Origin: Planctomycetota bacterium | GTDB lineage: Bacteria > Planctomycetota > UBA8108 > SXIK01 | Assembly (NCBI GenBank): GCA_965223845.1 | Contig: CBDCXR010000004.1 | Coordinates: 256,001 to 320,000, forward strand | Length of the DNA stretch: 64,000 bases | Reading direction: 5' to 3' | Part shown: positions 41,404-51,559 of the stretch, one piece after another | Numbering within the stretch: position 1 is the first letter of the stretch | Layout: each line of letters starts with the position of its first letter | Notes under the pieces: generated by a model | What the model was told of the DNA's origin: nothing | Databases searched by the model: none | What the model saw: only the letters and a program-made list of their open reading frames with translations | Program-made: the position numbers and the translations under genes

Positions 41404-43067
41404 CGGGAGCAACGTTCGACGAGTCGGCCGCGCGCTGGGCACCGTCGCTTCGAGCAGGGGTCGCTCGCGCGGAAGTCGCCGCCGCGGCGGCCGAGTTCGC
41501 GGGGGCGGCCGATTGGCAGTCGCTCTCCCCGCTTCGCATCGCGAAGTTAGCGCGATTCCTCGAAGACGACTCGGTCGATCGACACCGATTCTCACTTCGC
41601 TGGACGGCAGATCTCACCGCGCCGGTCTCGGACGACTTCGTGTTCTCGATCGAGCGACGGGGAGGAACGGCGCGCGTCTGGATCGGGGGAACACTGGTTC
41701 TGGATTCAGCGGACGAAGCGGATCCGACGGGCGAAGGCGGCCCAGACATCTCCGAAGAGAGCGCTCCGGTCACACTGACCGCGGGCACGGCGATCCCGCT
41801 TCGCGTCGAGTATGTCTTCGATGCCGACATCGCCCGGGCGGAGAGCGAGGATCTCGAGTGGCAGAAGGAGCTCGAGCACGGCTGGTGCCACCTCTTCCTC
41901 CGGTGGCGAGGAAGCACCGGTGAGGCCGCAGTTGTCGCCGGGGATGTTCTTTCCGCGGCGGGAGAGTCCGGCGCGGTCCGTAGTTGCTACGGGAACCTCG
42001 AGCTCGAGGGCGATGCGGCGACGAGCCGGGCGAGCGAGATCGGGTTCCTCCTCGGGGGCGGCGCACCCGAATCGGCGCGGCGTCCACTCCAGCGGCAAAT
42101 GGCCGAGCGCGCACTCGCTCGAGCCGAGAGCGCGGAGTTCCTTGCGAGCGACGACCTCTCCGATCTCTTCTGGCTCTCGCGCGAGGCCGCGGAGTACACG
42201 ACGGTCTCGGAGAAGGCGTCGATCCTGAAGACACTCGCGCGCAATCCCGGCGCAATGGCGGATATCCCAGCCGGCGAGATCGACCACCTGCTCAACGCTC
42301 ACCGGTACATGCTCGGTGCGGAGACAACGGACGTGGTGGCGCAGTGGTGCACGCTCGATCCTGCGGTGGGAATCGAGTTCGGCATCTATCCGAGTTGGTC
42401 GCTCGAGCAGCCGAGCTACCTTCACCAGAACTTCGGTGGCTACTGGCACATGGCGCCGAAGCTCACGGGTGACGACGAGCTGAACCAAATCGTCGCCGCG
42501 ACGGAAGAGCCGGACGGAAGCTGCAATCTCAGGGCTGCGCGAATCGCGGCCTTCGCCCATCGCGCCGGCGATCGATTGACCGGCTGGACGCAGTACCTCG
42601 ACGGAGTTCTCGCGCGTGAGGGGCTGAGCGGAAACACGCGCGTGAGTTGGCTCCTCGCGCGAGCGTACGCAGAAGAGCTCGCCGAGCGAGAGACGCCGAT
42701 CGTGCTGGCGGGCCGAACGTGGCTCGAGGAAGCCCTCGAAAACGCGGAATCGGAACCGGTGAAGGTGCGCGTGATCGGCGAGATCACAGCGAGAGAAGCT
42801 GCCCTGGGGCGTGGGGATGCCGCGCGGGCGCTGCTGGACGAGCACGCGCAGTCGGTGTCGGCCGAATCGCGCGGGCGATTCGCGAGCTGGCGAGGACGGG
42901 TCGAAGGGATCGAAGCCTACTACGCGGCGCAGGTGAAGCGGCAGGAGCGGGAGCAGCGCGAGGCGTACGTCGCGGAGCTCGAAGATCGGCTCGCTCGGGC
43001 CGAGCGGGATGGGGATCCCGTGCGGATCGAGCGGTATCGGCGTCGGCTTGAGGGGGTGGGGCGATGA
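41403..43067 (+). pseudogene. PA14-domain plus helical protein, 5'-truncated
   Basis: The frame is open upstream of 41640 with no start codon back to TGA at 41358. FSLRWTADLTAPVSDDFVFSI..ARVWIGGTLVLD..VTLTAGTAIPLRVEY..LRW is PA14-like. Stop overlaps the Rhs ATG. Confidence 0.7.
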
Positions 43068-46000
43068 GAGCGGTGACGAGATTCGAGCGGGTGGTGGCGA
43101 GCTGCGAGATTCGGCTTCGAAATGAAGGCACGTGTGAGGGACCGAGCGAGATGAACCTAAGGAAGACGAGTTCTGCGGGGCGGGGGAGTTGCCGGGCTCG
43201 AAAGTGCGTGGCGTGGTTCGGTGTTGGGTTGATCGTGTTTGTCGTGGTCGCTCCGATGGCGAGGGCGAGTACGACGCTCGAGGGCAATCAGTTTCCGTTC
43301 TGTGCTCCCGTGTGCGGCTCGTGTGACGAGTGCGAAGATTCGACCGAAGACTGCGCCGGAGGGGTCGCTGGACCGGAAGCCACACCGGCTCCGATTTTCC
43401 TCTACCGCGGGTCTGCGATCGAGAAGGTCACCGACCTCGCCATGGGAGATGTCGCGATCCCGTGGTCGCACACGCGTACCTACGACAGTCTCCTCGCGGC
43501 CACCTCTGGCAGTTATCCCGCGCCAAACGGAGAAAAGTGGTTCATGGGTCTATCGCAAACCTACATCAACCAGGAAAGCGGTGACATCGTTCTTTACGAA
43601 AGTGCATCCAACAAACACGTATTCGCATCTAACGGTTCCGGTTGGGATGCTCCAGCGTACCTAAACGCCACCATCGTAAAAAGCGGATCGGGAACGTCGG
43701 AAATCTACACGGTCACATATCCTTCAAGCGGAAAGGTTCTAATCTTTCACGGATTCTCATCGAGTCCGTCCATTTTGAATGGAAAACTGAAAGAGCGGAC
43801 AAGTCAGAATCTCCAAGCGGCGAGTGAGGACGGTCATACCTACACGTACCACACGGCAAGTTCGAGCGATCCGTATTATGGAAACGTAAAACAGGTCATG
43901 CTGACCAGTGGGCTAAAAGTGGCGTACACATATCTCAGTTCCGGATCAGAGGCGGGGTTTCTTGACAAGGTCGAAGTCAAGGATCCAACCAACACCGACG
44001 TGATTAAGAAGGTCGAGTACACTTACTTCTCTGAGGTGGGCAGCGCCCACTCCGATGTTGGATCGACTGGAGACCTGGTGCAGGTGAAAACGTCGCATCT
44101 GGCCTCGGACGAGACCACCTGGATTTCAAGATACACGCAGTACCGATACTACAAAAGCACGTCGTCCGACGGGGACGTCCATCAGCTAAAGGCGGTCTAC
44201 GACTCGGGAGCGATCGAGCGAATCATCGACTCGAATTCGAACATCTCGAATGCCGACGCCATTCTTGGTAAGGCGGACACGTACTCGACGGGCGGGCCGG
44301 CCGCGATTTCCGCGTACGCGATCAGAAGCTTTACCTACTACACGTCGAATCTAAGCACGAGTTCGTCGGTGACGACTCCGTGGGGTTCGCATAATCTAAA
44401 TACTAGGTACGAAGCGAGCGATCTGGCGGAGGACGGGTTCGTAAAGACGGAAGCTATCGGAGCCGGCTGCGGTAGCTGCGGTGCGGCTGAAGGTGGAACC
44501 ACGCGAACCTACTTCTACCTTGAGAACAACACGCTCTCTGGCATCCATCGGGTCCGACGAATCGTAGTCGAAGACGTGGAGGACGGGGCGTCAACGCCAA
44601 CTGCGGTGTACCGAAGAATCTACGGACTAAACGAAAAAGGAGTCGCGTTAAGGAAGGCGTTCATAGAAGACCCTGACACCGACGAAAACGACCCCTCAGA
44701 AGTACTCACGGCGTGGTGCCAGTCAATAACCGTCGGGACGTCCACTTCGTCTCCGAACGACTATGCGCGCGTGCTTGAGGCGCGATCGCCGTCAGCGCAT
44801 GTACTTGTCAATACCGAACTTGATCTTAGAGACTTCTTCGATCCTTCAGACACGGGAAACGACTCCGCGACACTCGAAGGAAGCGCCGGAGTCATTTATG
44901 TATATGAGTACAACTCGGACGGCTACCGAACAGGATCGCGAGTCAAGAAAGGGAGTTCCGGAACGTCTCACTACGTAGATGCTGTCGATTGGGGAGACGG
45001 GACCAACGATAAGCCAGAACATTTGACGGTGGCAACATACGCATACCACACGCGCACGACCACCAGGTCTGGAGGCGAAAAGACGTCGTTTGTGTATACG
45101 TTTTGGGATGCCGGCGACTCTGCTATTAAGACGGTCGAAACGACGCTTCCAGTGGTCCCGACTACGAGAAAAGGGTCCGGAGTCGCGACAAAGATGAGTC
45201 GCTACTACGACGATAGAGGGAGGCTTCGGTGGACGCGGGATGGAGAAGATCGAGTTTCCTACCGGTCTTATCACCCGGATAATGGTCGGCTGGCGTACGA
45301 AATGAGAGACGTCAACGCGGACGACACTCTTCCTTCCGAAATTCAGAACGGACTTAGCGGAAAGTTCGATGGATGGGGGAGTGCTGACGCTCCGACGGGT
45401 TTTGATCCCGTCACGTCGGACAATCTCGAGCTGGTCACGAAGACGGAATACGATGATCTTGGCCGGACTGAAAAGACCGTCCGACCGGGAGGATCAGAAC
45501 ACTACACGATTTATAACGATGGTGAAGTGATCAGCGTGCCGTATTGGAGATCGACGGTTTCGGAGCGACTGTCCGCGGCAACAGTGCGTCGATCGGATCA
45601 CGGCGGTGATCGTACAGAGGTGTTTTCCGTGCCTCCAGCGGAGATAACAAGCTCCGGCGGAGTTCCGACTGGGCTCAGCGCAGGACAAGACGACTATCTA
45701 TCCTGGATTCGCTGGACTCACGACGACGTCACCGGGCGGGAAGAGTACGTGGACCGGTACCACCTCATTCCCGCGACCGGTGATGGTTCCGTTTCGACCA
45801 ATTTCTACCGTACGGTTCGACAATACGACGACTTGGGTCGCGAGCAGTATCTAATCCAAGTCGTAAGCGGAGAACTCACGACCGGTGTGGAGCAGGTAAC
45901 AAAGACGACGTACGATGTCCTAGGGCGCGTCACCAAGGTAGAAAGAGGAGTTAGTGCCAGCGGATCGGGCAACTCTATGGGATCGGATTACAGCTCGAAG

Positions 46001-49000
46001 CCGACTCTGGCGATCGTCTCTGAAACCGAGTTCGATGGTGGAAACGTGGGCGATGGACACATTTCGAAAGTAGTTTCCTACCATGGAACGGATACCGCCG
46101 AAGACAAAACATGGGTCGAGTTCCACCGGACTTTTCGCGGTCACTTGAGAGGCGAGGAACGTTACCATCGTGAAAACTCTACGGACACGACCGTCGCTCC
46201 ACACCTTGTCCACGACATTGATTGGAAGGGCGCGATCACCGCGACCGCAACGTTCAAAGCGAACCCGTCCTGGTCGACGATTTTGTCGGGTGACGACGGT
46301 TACGACGACTACGCCGACTACTCCGGCGTGCGAACAAACCGAGTCTCGCTGGTTGCCGTCTTTCGAGACGACTTGCATCGTGTCTATCGGAAGCGAGTTT
46401 ACGAGGTGGATTCTTCTGGAGATCGGGGGAGCTCGGTTCGAAACGACATCTACTACGACCGAAACTCCCGAGTCGCGATCGAGCACGAGTACAATGGGAG
46501 CAGTGTAGAGCACGCCTACGACGGAGTGGGAAGGCGGTACCAGACTCGAACCGTAGCGGATTCGACCGGAACTGGGTACAACACCACAACGGGCGCTGTT
46601 GACTACCACTCGCCGGAACCGAAAGCAGATCTTTCGGACATGACCGGCGGGGATGACAAGATCGTCGAGATCGTGCACCGAGAGTTTGACGACGCTGGAA
46701 ACGTCACCGGTGTTCACCGGTTCGAGATGAACCACGACGACTCGACGGCCGGAGTGGATTTCACCGCAGACGACGACTACGTGCGAACTACGGAGTACTT
46801 CTGGTACGACCGAGCCGATCGGCGCACGACGGCTGCGAGCTACGGATCGGGCGGGTCGACCTGGGACTACCACGCCGTGCCGACTCGTGGAACGGCTCCG
46901 ACGGCGAGCAGCGCTACCGTTTTGGTCAGCGAGTTTTCCTACACGCTGGAAGGCCAGTTGGAATCGGTTACCGATGCGGAGGACACCGTTACGTCTTATC
47001 TGTACGACGACCTTGGGCGAGCTACGCAGGAAGAGCGAGACGACGATGGAACGGACGAGGTGATTCTGGAGATCGCGTACGACGGCCTCGATAATGTCGT
47101 CGAGCGGGAAGATGGCGCGAACAACGCGACCACGTATCTCTTTGAGGATGTCTACGATGCGGCCAGAGTCACGAACGTAATCCATCCGGACTCGACGGAT
47201 ACCACGTCAGCGGGCACGGACCAGGAGAAGCTTACATACAATCTTGATGGCACAGTCAAGGACAGGACGGACCAGCGAGGAGTCAAGCTCGAGTTCGAAT
47301 ACAACGGGCAACGACGAGTAGAACTTCAAAAAGCGACGATTCCGTCTGGAAGCGACGTAGACGATGCGGTGAAATCTCTCAAGTACGAGTACGATGGTAT
47401 CGGACGTCTCGAAACCTCAAGCTCGTACCAGAGCGCGGATGGAACCGGGACACCGCTTAACCAAGTGAAATTTGAATACAACGACCTTGGACAACTGTCG
47501 AAGTCGTACCAAGAACACGACGGCAACGTCTACACTTCGACGAGTCCCGTGGTGGAATACTCATACGCCGCACTCTCGGACAGGGCCCGCCTTGCGCACG
47601 TTAAGTATCCTGCCGGTCGAGAGATCCACCTCGATTACGGCGGATCCAATTCTGTGACTGACCGTTTGCATCGGTTCCGGGGGTTTGAGTCGGATACGGG
47701 AACCGAGTACGTCACGTATGAGTACAATGGGCTGCGTCGGCTCGTTGAGGCAGATTACGTTGGTCCCGGAGTTTCCCTCGACTACGACCATGGCTCTGCG
47801 GATGAGTACGAGGGATTCGATCGTTTCGGTCGCGTCGTAGATCACTATTGGAAGGGTACGACAGACATCGACCGCTTTCGGTACGATTACGACTACGCGG
47901 GAAATCCGAATTATCGAGATATCGATCTGCCTACGTCTGTCTTCTCGGCAGACGATAAGGATCAAGATTTCGAATACGACGCGCTCCATCGCTTGACGTC
48001 GTACGATCGCGGCACATTGTCTGGTTCGTCGATCGGCTCGCCGAACTTTGCGCAGGACTGGACGCTCGACGATCTCGGAAACTGGGATCCGTTCAAGTGG
48101 GATCCCGACGGGAGTGGTGCCGCTTCGCTGATAACTCAGAGCCGGGACCACAACGACGCGAACGAAATCGATACCACGAACGACCATTCGGATGCGGCCG
48201 GGAACAGCATCAGCGGAACCGGGGCCGATTGGGTGGATCCTGTGTATGATGCGTCCGGGAATTTGGTCGAGGGGCCGCGGGCGGGCGACGAAACTACACG
48301 AAACACGTATGTGTACGACGCGTGGAATCGATTGGTCGAAGTAAAAGACGGATCGACGACTCTCGCGGAGTACGAGCACGACGCGCTCTTTCGGCGAATT
48401 GCGAGCGAGGATCAGGGATCAAGCGGAAATCCGACGAAGCACTATTTCTACAACGCCGCGTGGCAGGTTGTTGAAGTACGGCTTGAGACTTCATCGGTGA
48501 TCGATCCGGATCCTCTCGAGCAGTTTGTTTGGCATCCGTATTATATCGACGCGGCTGCGGTGCGTTTTTACGACTCTGATGTGAACGGTAGTTCGGTTAC
48601 TCACTACTACACGAACGACACGAACGCGAACGTTACGGCGCTCGTGAACTCTAGCGGGAGCGCCATCGAGCGGTACGAGTACGAGCCGTATGGGCAGGTG
48701 ACGGTCCTAGATGCTGATTTCACTGACGATTCTGACTCTCCGGTTGGGGAGACGGACTACGACAACTTTGTGTTGTACACTGGTCAGTGGTGGGATGGGG
48801 AGCTTGCGGGGTATTGGTATCGGTTTCGGAATTATGCTCCGACGCTTGGGCGGTTTCTGCAGCGGGATCCGATTGGGGTTTGGGGGGATGGTGGGGCTTT
48901 GGGGAATGGGTATTCTTATGTTGGGGGGCGGGCGACCAGTTTTCGGGACCCTTCGGGCGCAGAGGGAGATCCAAGCTCTGTGACTATTAGCGGTGAGGTT

Positions 49001-49612
49001 GTGTTCAAGAAGAGATTCTCGATCAAATTCGAGACAACGGTTCGGTGTGAAGGTCCCAAAGTGATCCACAGCGGTGTTGACCAAGCGTACCAAGTAGATT
49101 TCGACACTTCGGACGGCGGGATGGAGCGGTCGTGGGTCGAGTCGGATATAGATTGCGGAGAGGGGCATCCTCCAGGAATTATCATACATTTTGTAGGGTC
49201 CCGTTACGACGGGTACGAGGGATACATCGAAAAGTTCGGGATACCTGGTGCGGCCGTGGGGGCGGTTGCCTATGGCGCTCCAGTGCTGTTTAGTGGAGCT
49301 GGCGCCGCAGCGACTGGCGAGGCCGCTGCGAAGGGTTCCGCCATCGTAGGCGCGATTACTTCAGTGTTTGGGGCTTTGGTTACCATGGCTTTCGATGAAT
49401 CGTGGGAGTTGAGCTGGCGTATGCAATGGTCTGTGTGTTGTAAGTGTATAACACAAGGTCCTACGCAGGACGGGGGTGATTTAGATGACGTGTGGTGGCC
49501 GGTCGTTAAGTATATGAAAGATGAGCCCGCTCATCAATTTTCGGTGGGTAACGAACCTGCATTCAATCGTGGGGCGAACCCAAGAAACGTGACATCAACC
49601 CACAGTCCGTGA
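43064..49612 (+). CDS. Rhs/YD-repeat polymorphic toxin
   Basis: Many YD repeats; Rhs core ERYEYEPYG, YTGQWWD, YRFRNYAPTLGRFLQRDPIG and YSYV...DPSG; about 217-aa variable tip from 48959; signal peptide-like segment (alternative start 43151). Confidence 0.95.
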   Translation: MRAVTRFERVVASCEIRLRNEGTCEGPSEMNLRKTSSAGRGSCRARKCVAWFGVGLIVFVVVAPMARASTTLEGNQFPFCAPVCGSCDECEDSTEDCAGGVAGPEATPAPIFLYRGSAIEKVTDLAMGDVAIPWSHTRTYDSLLAATSGSYPAPNGEKWFMGLSQTYINQESGDIVLYESASNKHVFASNGSGWDAPAYLNATIVKSGSGTSEIYTVTYPSSGKVLIFHGFSSSPSILNGKLKERTSQNLQAASEDGHTYTYHTASSSDPYYGNVKQVMLTSGLKVAYTYLSSGSEAGFLDKVEVKDPTNTDVIKKVEYTYFSEVGSAHSDVGSTGDLVQVKTSHLASDETTWISRYTQYRYYKSTSSDGDVHQLKAVYDSGAIERIIDSNSNISNADAILGKADTYSTGGPAAISAYAIRSFTYYTSNLSTSSSVTTPWGSHNLNTRYEASDLAEDGFVKTEAIGAGCGSCGAAEGGTTRTYFYLENNTLSGIHRVRRIVVEDVEDGASTPTAVYRRIYGLNEKGVALRKAFIEDPDTDENDPSEVLTAWCQSITVGTSTSSPNDYARVLEARSPSAHVLVNTELDLRDFFDPSDTGNDSATLEGSAGVIYVYEYNSDGYRTGSRVKKGSSGTSHYVDAVDWGDGTNDKPEHLTVATYAYHTRTTTRSGGEKTSFVYTFWDAGDSAIKTVETTLPVVPTTRKGSGVATKMSRYYDDRGRLRWTRDGEDRVSYRSYHPDNGRLAYEMRDVNADDTLPSEIQNGLSGKFDGWGSADAPTGFDPVTSDNLELVTKTEYDDLGRTEKTVRPGGSEHYTIYNDGEVISVPYWRSTVSERLSAATVRRSDHGGDRTEVFSVPPAEITSSGGVPTGLSAGQDDYLSWIRWTHDDVTGREEYVDRYHLIPATGDGSVSTNFYRTVRQYDDLGREQYLIQVVSGELTTGVEQVTKTTYDVLGRVTKVERGVSASGSGNSMGSDYSSKPTLAIVSETEFDGGNVGDGHISKVVSYHGTDTAEDKTWVEFHRTFRGHLRGEERYHRENSTDTTVAPHLVHDIDWKGAITATATFKANPSWSTILSGDDGYDDYADYSGVRTNRVSLVAVFRDDLHRVYRKRVYEVDSSGDRGSSVRNDIYYDRNSRVAIEHEYNGSSVEHAYDGVGRRYQTRTVADSTGTGYNTTTGAVDYHSPEPKADLSDMTGGDDKIVEIVHREFDDAGNVTGVHRFEMNHDDSTAGVDFTADDDYVRTTEYFWYDRADRRTTAASYGSGGSTWDYHAVPTRGTAPTASSATVLVSEFSYTLEGQLESVTDAEDTVTSYLYDDLGRATQEERDDDGTDEVILEIAYDGLDNVVEREDGANNATTYLFEDVYDAARVTNVIHPDSTDTTSAGTDQEKLTYNLDGTVKDRTDQRGVKLEFEYNGQRRVELQKATIPSGSDVDDAVKSLKYEYDGIGRLETSSSYQSADGTGTPLNQVKFEYNDLGQLSKSYQEHDGNVYTSTSPVVEYSYAALSDRARLAHVKYPAGREIHLDYGGSNSVTDRLHRFRGFESDTGTEYVTYEYNGLRRLVEADYVGPGVSLDYDHGSADEYEGFDRFGRVVDHYWKGTTDIDRFRYDYDYAGNPNYRDIDLPTSVFSADDKDQDFEYDALHRLTSYDRGTLSGSSIGSPNFAQDWTLDDLGNWDPFKWDPDGSGAASLITQSRDHNDANEIDTTNDHSDAAGNSISGTGADWVDPVYDASGNLVEGPRAGDETTRNTYVYDAWNRLVEVKDGSTTLAEYEHDALFRRIASEDQGSSGNPTKHYFYNAAWQVVEVRLETSSVIDPDPLEQFVWHPYYIDAAAVRFYDSDVNGSSVTHYYTNDTNANVTALVNSSGSAIERYEYEPYGQVTVLDADFTDDSDSPVGETDYDNFVLYTGQWWDGELAGYWYRFRNYAPTLGRFLQRDPIGVWGDGGALGNGYSYVGGRATSFRDPSGAEGDPSSVTISGEVVFKKRFSIKFETTVRCEGPKVIHSGVDQAYQVDFDTSDGGMERSWVESDIDCGEGHPPGIIIHFVGSRYDGYEGYIEKFGIPGAAVGAVAYGAPVLFSGAGAAATGEAAAKGSAIVGAITSVFGALVTMAFDESWELSWRMQWSVCCKCITQGPTQDGGDLDDVWWPVVKYMKDEPAHQFSVGNEPAFNRGANPRNVTSTHSP

Positions 49613-49739
49613 CTTGCTTGGAGAGTTGCGGTGGATTTTTGCCTCGTGACTTTGTGAGGCACGGAAAAAAGGCTTGCCTTGGCGGGCCGACTTTGCGGGC
49701 GGTGACGTGCACTCAGTGCGTTCGGAATCCTTGTGATTT

Positions 49740-50315
49740 ATGAGAATGGAGGGATCGGTTTTGAATGGTGTGCGAGAGAGATATTTTAAGCGAGATGTAT
49801 CGTGTCGGTGTAGCCGGAGGTTCGGGCGAGGGAGAGTTTTTGTAGTTTTTGCGTTCGCGTTTTGGTCGGCGATGCAGTTTTCTGGCTGTGGTGATGCCAC
49901 GGGGGCTCGAGCTGTGGGCGTCACAGAATTTAACGGTCGTTCGGTTTTCTATGCCTTTTCCGGAGGGTGTTGGAAGTTTCTGGTCATAGTGGATGCAGTT
50001 CCAAGGTTTTCGTATCCGGTCACGCGGGAGTCGGACCGCTCGCGAACGTTTTTGAACTATGGTTATTCGGAAAGTGAGTTTCGGATTACCATCGAATCTA
50101 TAGGTGATCGTGTTGTTGTGAATGGATCAGAGTTTCAAGGGGCCGAGGGAGTAGTCTTTGCAGTTTCGAATGAATCCGGGAAGATAGAGCAGGTGTCTGT
50201 TCGCGCGGACGAGATCGACAGTTGGAGGGCGCCGGAGGCGATCGGTCCAGCTGTGCGTGCGCGCGTGCAAGCGCTATCGAGGGAGGGGGGTGCGTTGGCG
50301 GATGCTCTTCGGTAG
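49740..50315 (+). CDS. Putative Rhs immunity lipoprotein
   Basis: Immediately downstream of the toxin tip, lower GC, hydrophobic stretch ending in lipobox FSGC. Confidence 0.6.
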   Translation: MRMEGSVLNGVRERYFKRDVSCRCSRRFGRGRVFVVFAFAFWSAMQFSGCGDATGARAVGVTEFNGRSVFYAFSGGCWKFLVIVDAVPRFSYPVTRESDRSRTFLNYGYSESEFRITIESIGDRVVVNGSEFQGAEGVVFAVSNESGKIEQVSVRADEIDSWRAPEAIGPAVRARVQALSREGGALADALR

Positions 50316-50329
50316 AGGGAGCCCTTCAC

Positions 50330-50455
50330 AAGAGCCCCGGAACCCGGTGTCCGTCCGCGCCCCCTCCCCGCGCCCCCGCGCGCGCCCGCCCCGCCCGCCC
50401 CCGGAACCCGGTGCCCGTGAGGACTAACCGGGTTCAACTGGAAATGCGTACGCAT
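50330..50455. repeat. REP-like element ends (AAGAGCCCCGGAACCCGGTG x2) with hairpin
   Basis: Core CCGGAACCCGG at 50337 and 50401; GAACCCGGT-N14-ACCGGGTTC hairpin; ATGCGTACGCAT palindrome. Confidence 0.75.
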
Positions 50456-50647
50456 AAATAGTTATCTTGGCAAGGGCGAGACGCTCCTCCGTCGCCTCAA
50501 TTGCGCCGGAGCACGACCGAATCAACACAAGTTCACAGCGGACGCCAAGTTCTCAATCGAGAACCGACTTGCTGAAGCGAGTCCTTCCCCACCCAGCCGC
50601 CGGATCTTGGCGCACTCGGAGGCCCGAACGAGCTTGTTCGGTGGCCG

Positions 50648-51097
50648 CTACGGAGCGGCTGGAACCGCCCCTGAGAGCATCGGCTCACACTTCTGCCGGT
50701 GAAACGCCCGCATCCAGTACGTCCCGGCGGGGAAGACGACGTTCTCGACACCGGCGCGATACAGCTCGAGTGCCGCTCGATAGCAGTCGCGGAACGTGAC
50801 CAGCTCCTTGAGCTCTTCGATCCTCGGTCCCGGTCGCCTCGCCTGGATGGTCGGCGACAGCTTCCACTTCTTCTCGTAGCTCTGCGGGCAGTCGGTCGGA
50901 CTTTCGCTCCGGGCCCTCTTTTCTCCGAGAAACCCCGGCCCCTCCTTTTCGATTTCGGCGCGGCACTCCGCTTCTCGCTCGGCGACTTTCTGTTCGAGCT
51001 CTCGGACGAGCTCTTCGCGATCGTGCTCGGCGAAGCAGGGAGGCGGGGTGATCTCGAGCGGAACTTCGTCCGGCATCTGATCGGAGAAGAACCAGCC
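50648..51097 (-). pseudogene. C-terminal remnant of a Y1 HUH (IS200/RAYT-like) transposase, copy A
   Basis: FFSDQMPDEVPLEITPPPCF...FLG...YRAALELYRAGVENVVFPAGTYWMR matches, from recall, the C-terminal extension of myxobacterial/planctomycete Y1 transposases; the HUH half is absent. Confidence 0.65.
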
Positions 51098-51498
51098 GCT
51101 CTGGCAGAGAGTCTCGGAGGAGTAGACAAGCGGGACTGGCGAAATCGAGTCGACTCACGCGGGACGTTGTGGGGCGGCGAGCGCGCGATGGACTCACTCC
51201 AGGATCATTCTGCGAGGGCGGCGTGGACACGTTCGGCGTTGGTTTCAGCGGCTCGAACCCAAAGCTCGAGATCTTTCGTGAATCTCGGCTCGGCATGAAA
51301 CTCTCGAATCCGAGTCCATGTACATTCGAGATCTTCGCACACGGTGTTCGGCCAGGGAGAGTGTCCCTCGAGTGTCCCCGAACGAACCGTCGCGGGGCGT
51401 GAAACCTGGGTATTCGACTGGGAGGCGTGAGTCCGTATCTTACGTCGATTTCGCGACTTGTGTCGTTTTGCGCCGCTCCGGAGAGCCCCTCCCTCGAG

Positions 51499-51559
51499 TT
51501 TGAAAACCACTGTCCTCGCAAGGGGACCCAGGGTTCGAATCCCTGCCTCTCCGCCATAA
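51499..51559 (+). repeat. attR1/attL2: exact copy of the tRNA-Ser 3' part
   Basis: TTTGAAAACCACTGTCCTCGCAAGGGGACCCAGGGTTCGAATCCCTGCCTCTCCGCCATAA is identical to 38113-38173. Confidence 0.96.

Larger units (their letters stand above)
38113..51559. mobile_element. Genomic island 1 integrated in tRNA-Ser (about 13.4 kb, decayed)
   Basis: 61-bp exact direct repeat at 38113-38173 and 51499-51559; contains a tyrosine integrase; cargo is visibly less GC-rich than the core. Confidence 0.9.

Noticed and set aside
50648-51097. TnpB/IscB RNA-guided nuclease remnant
   Set aside because: Lacks the zinc finger and RuvC-III (D.NAA.NI) signature; the tail fits Y1 transposase extensions instead.
51499-51559. 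Second functional tRNA-Ser
   Set aside because: Only the 3' part from the anticodon loop is present; it is an att duplication.
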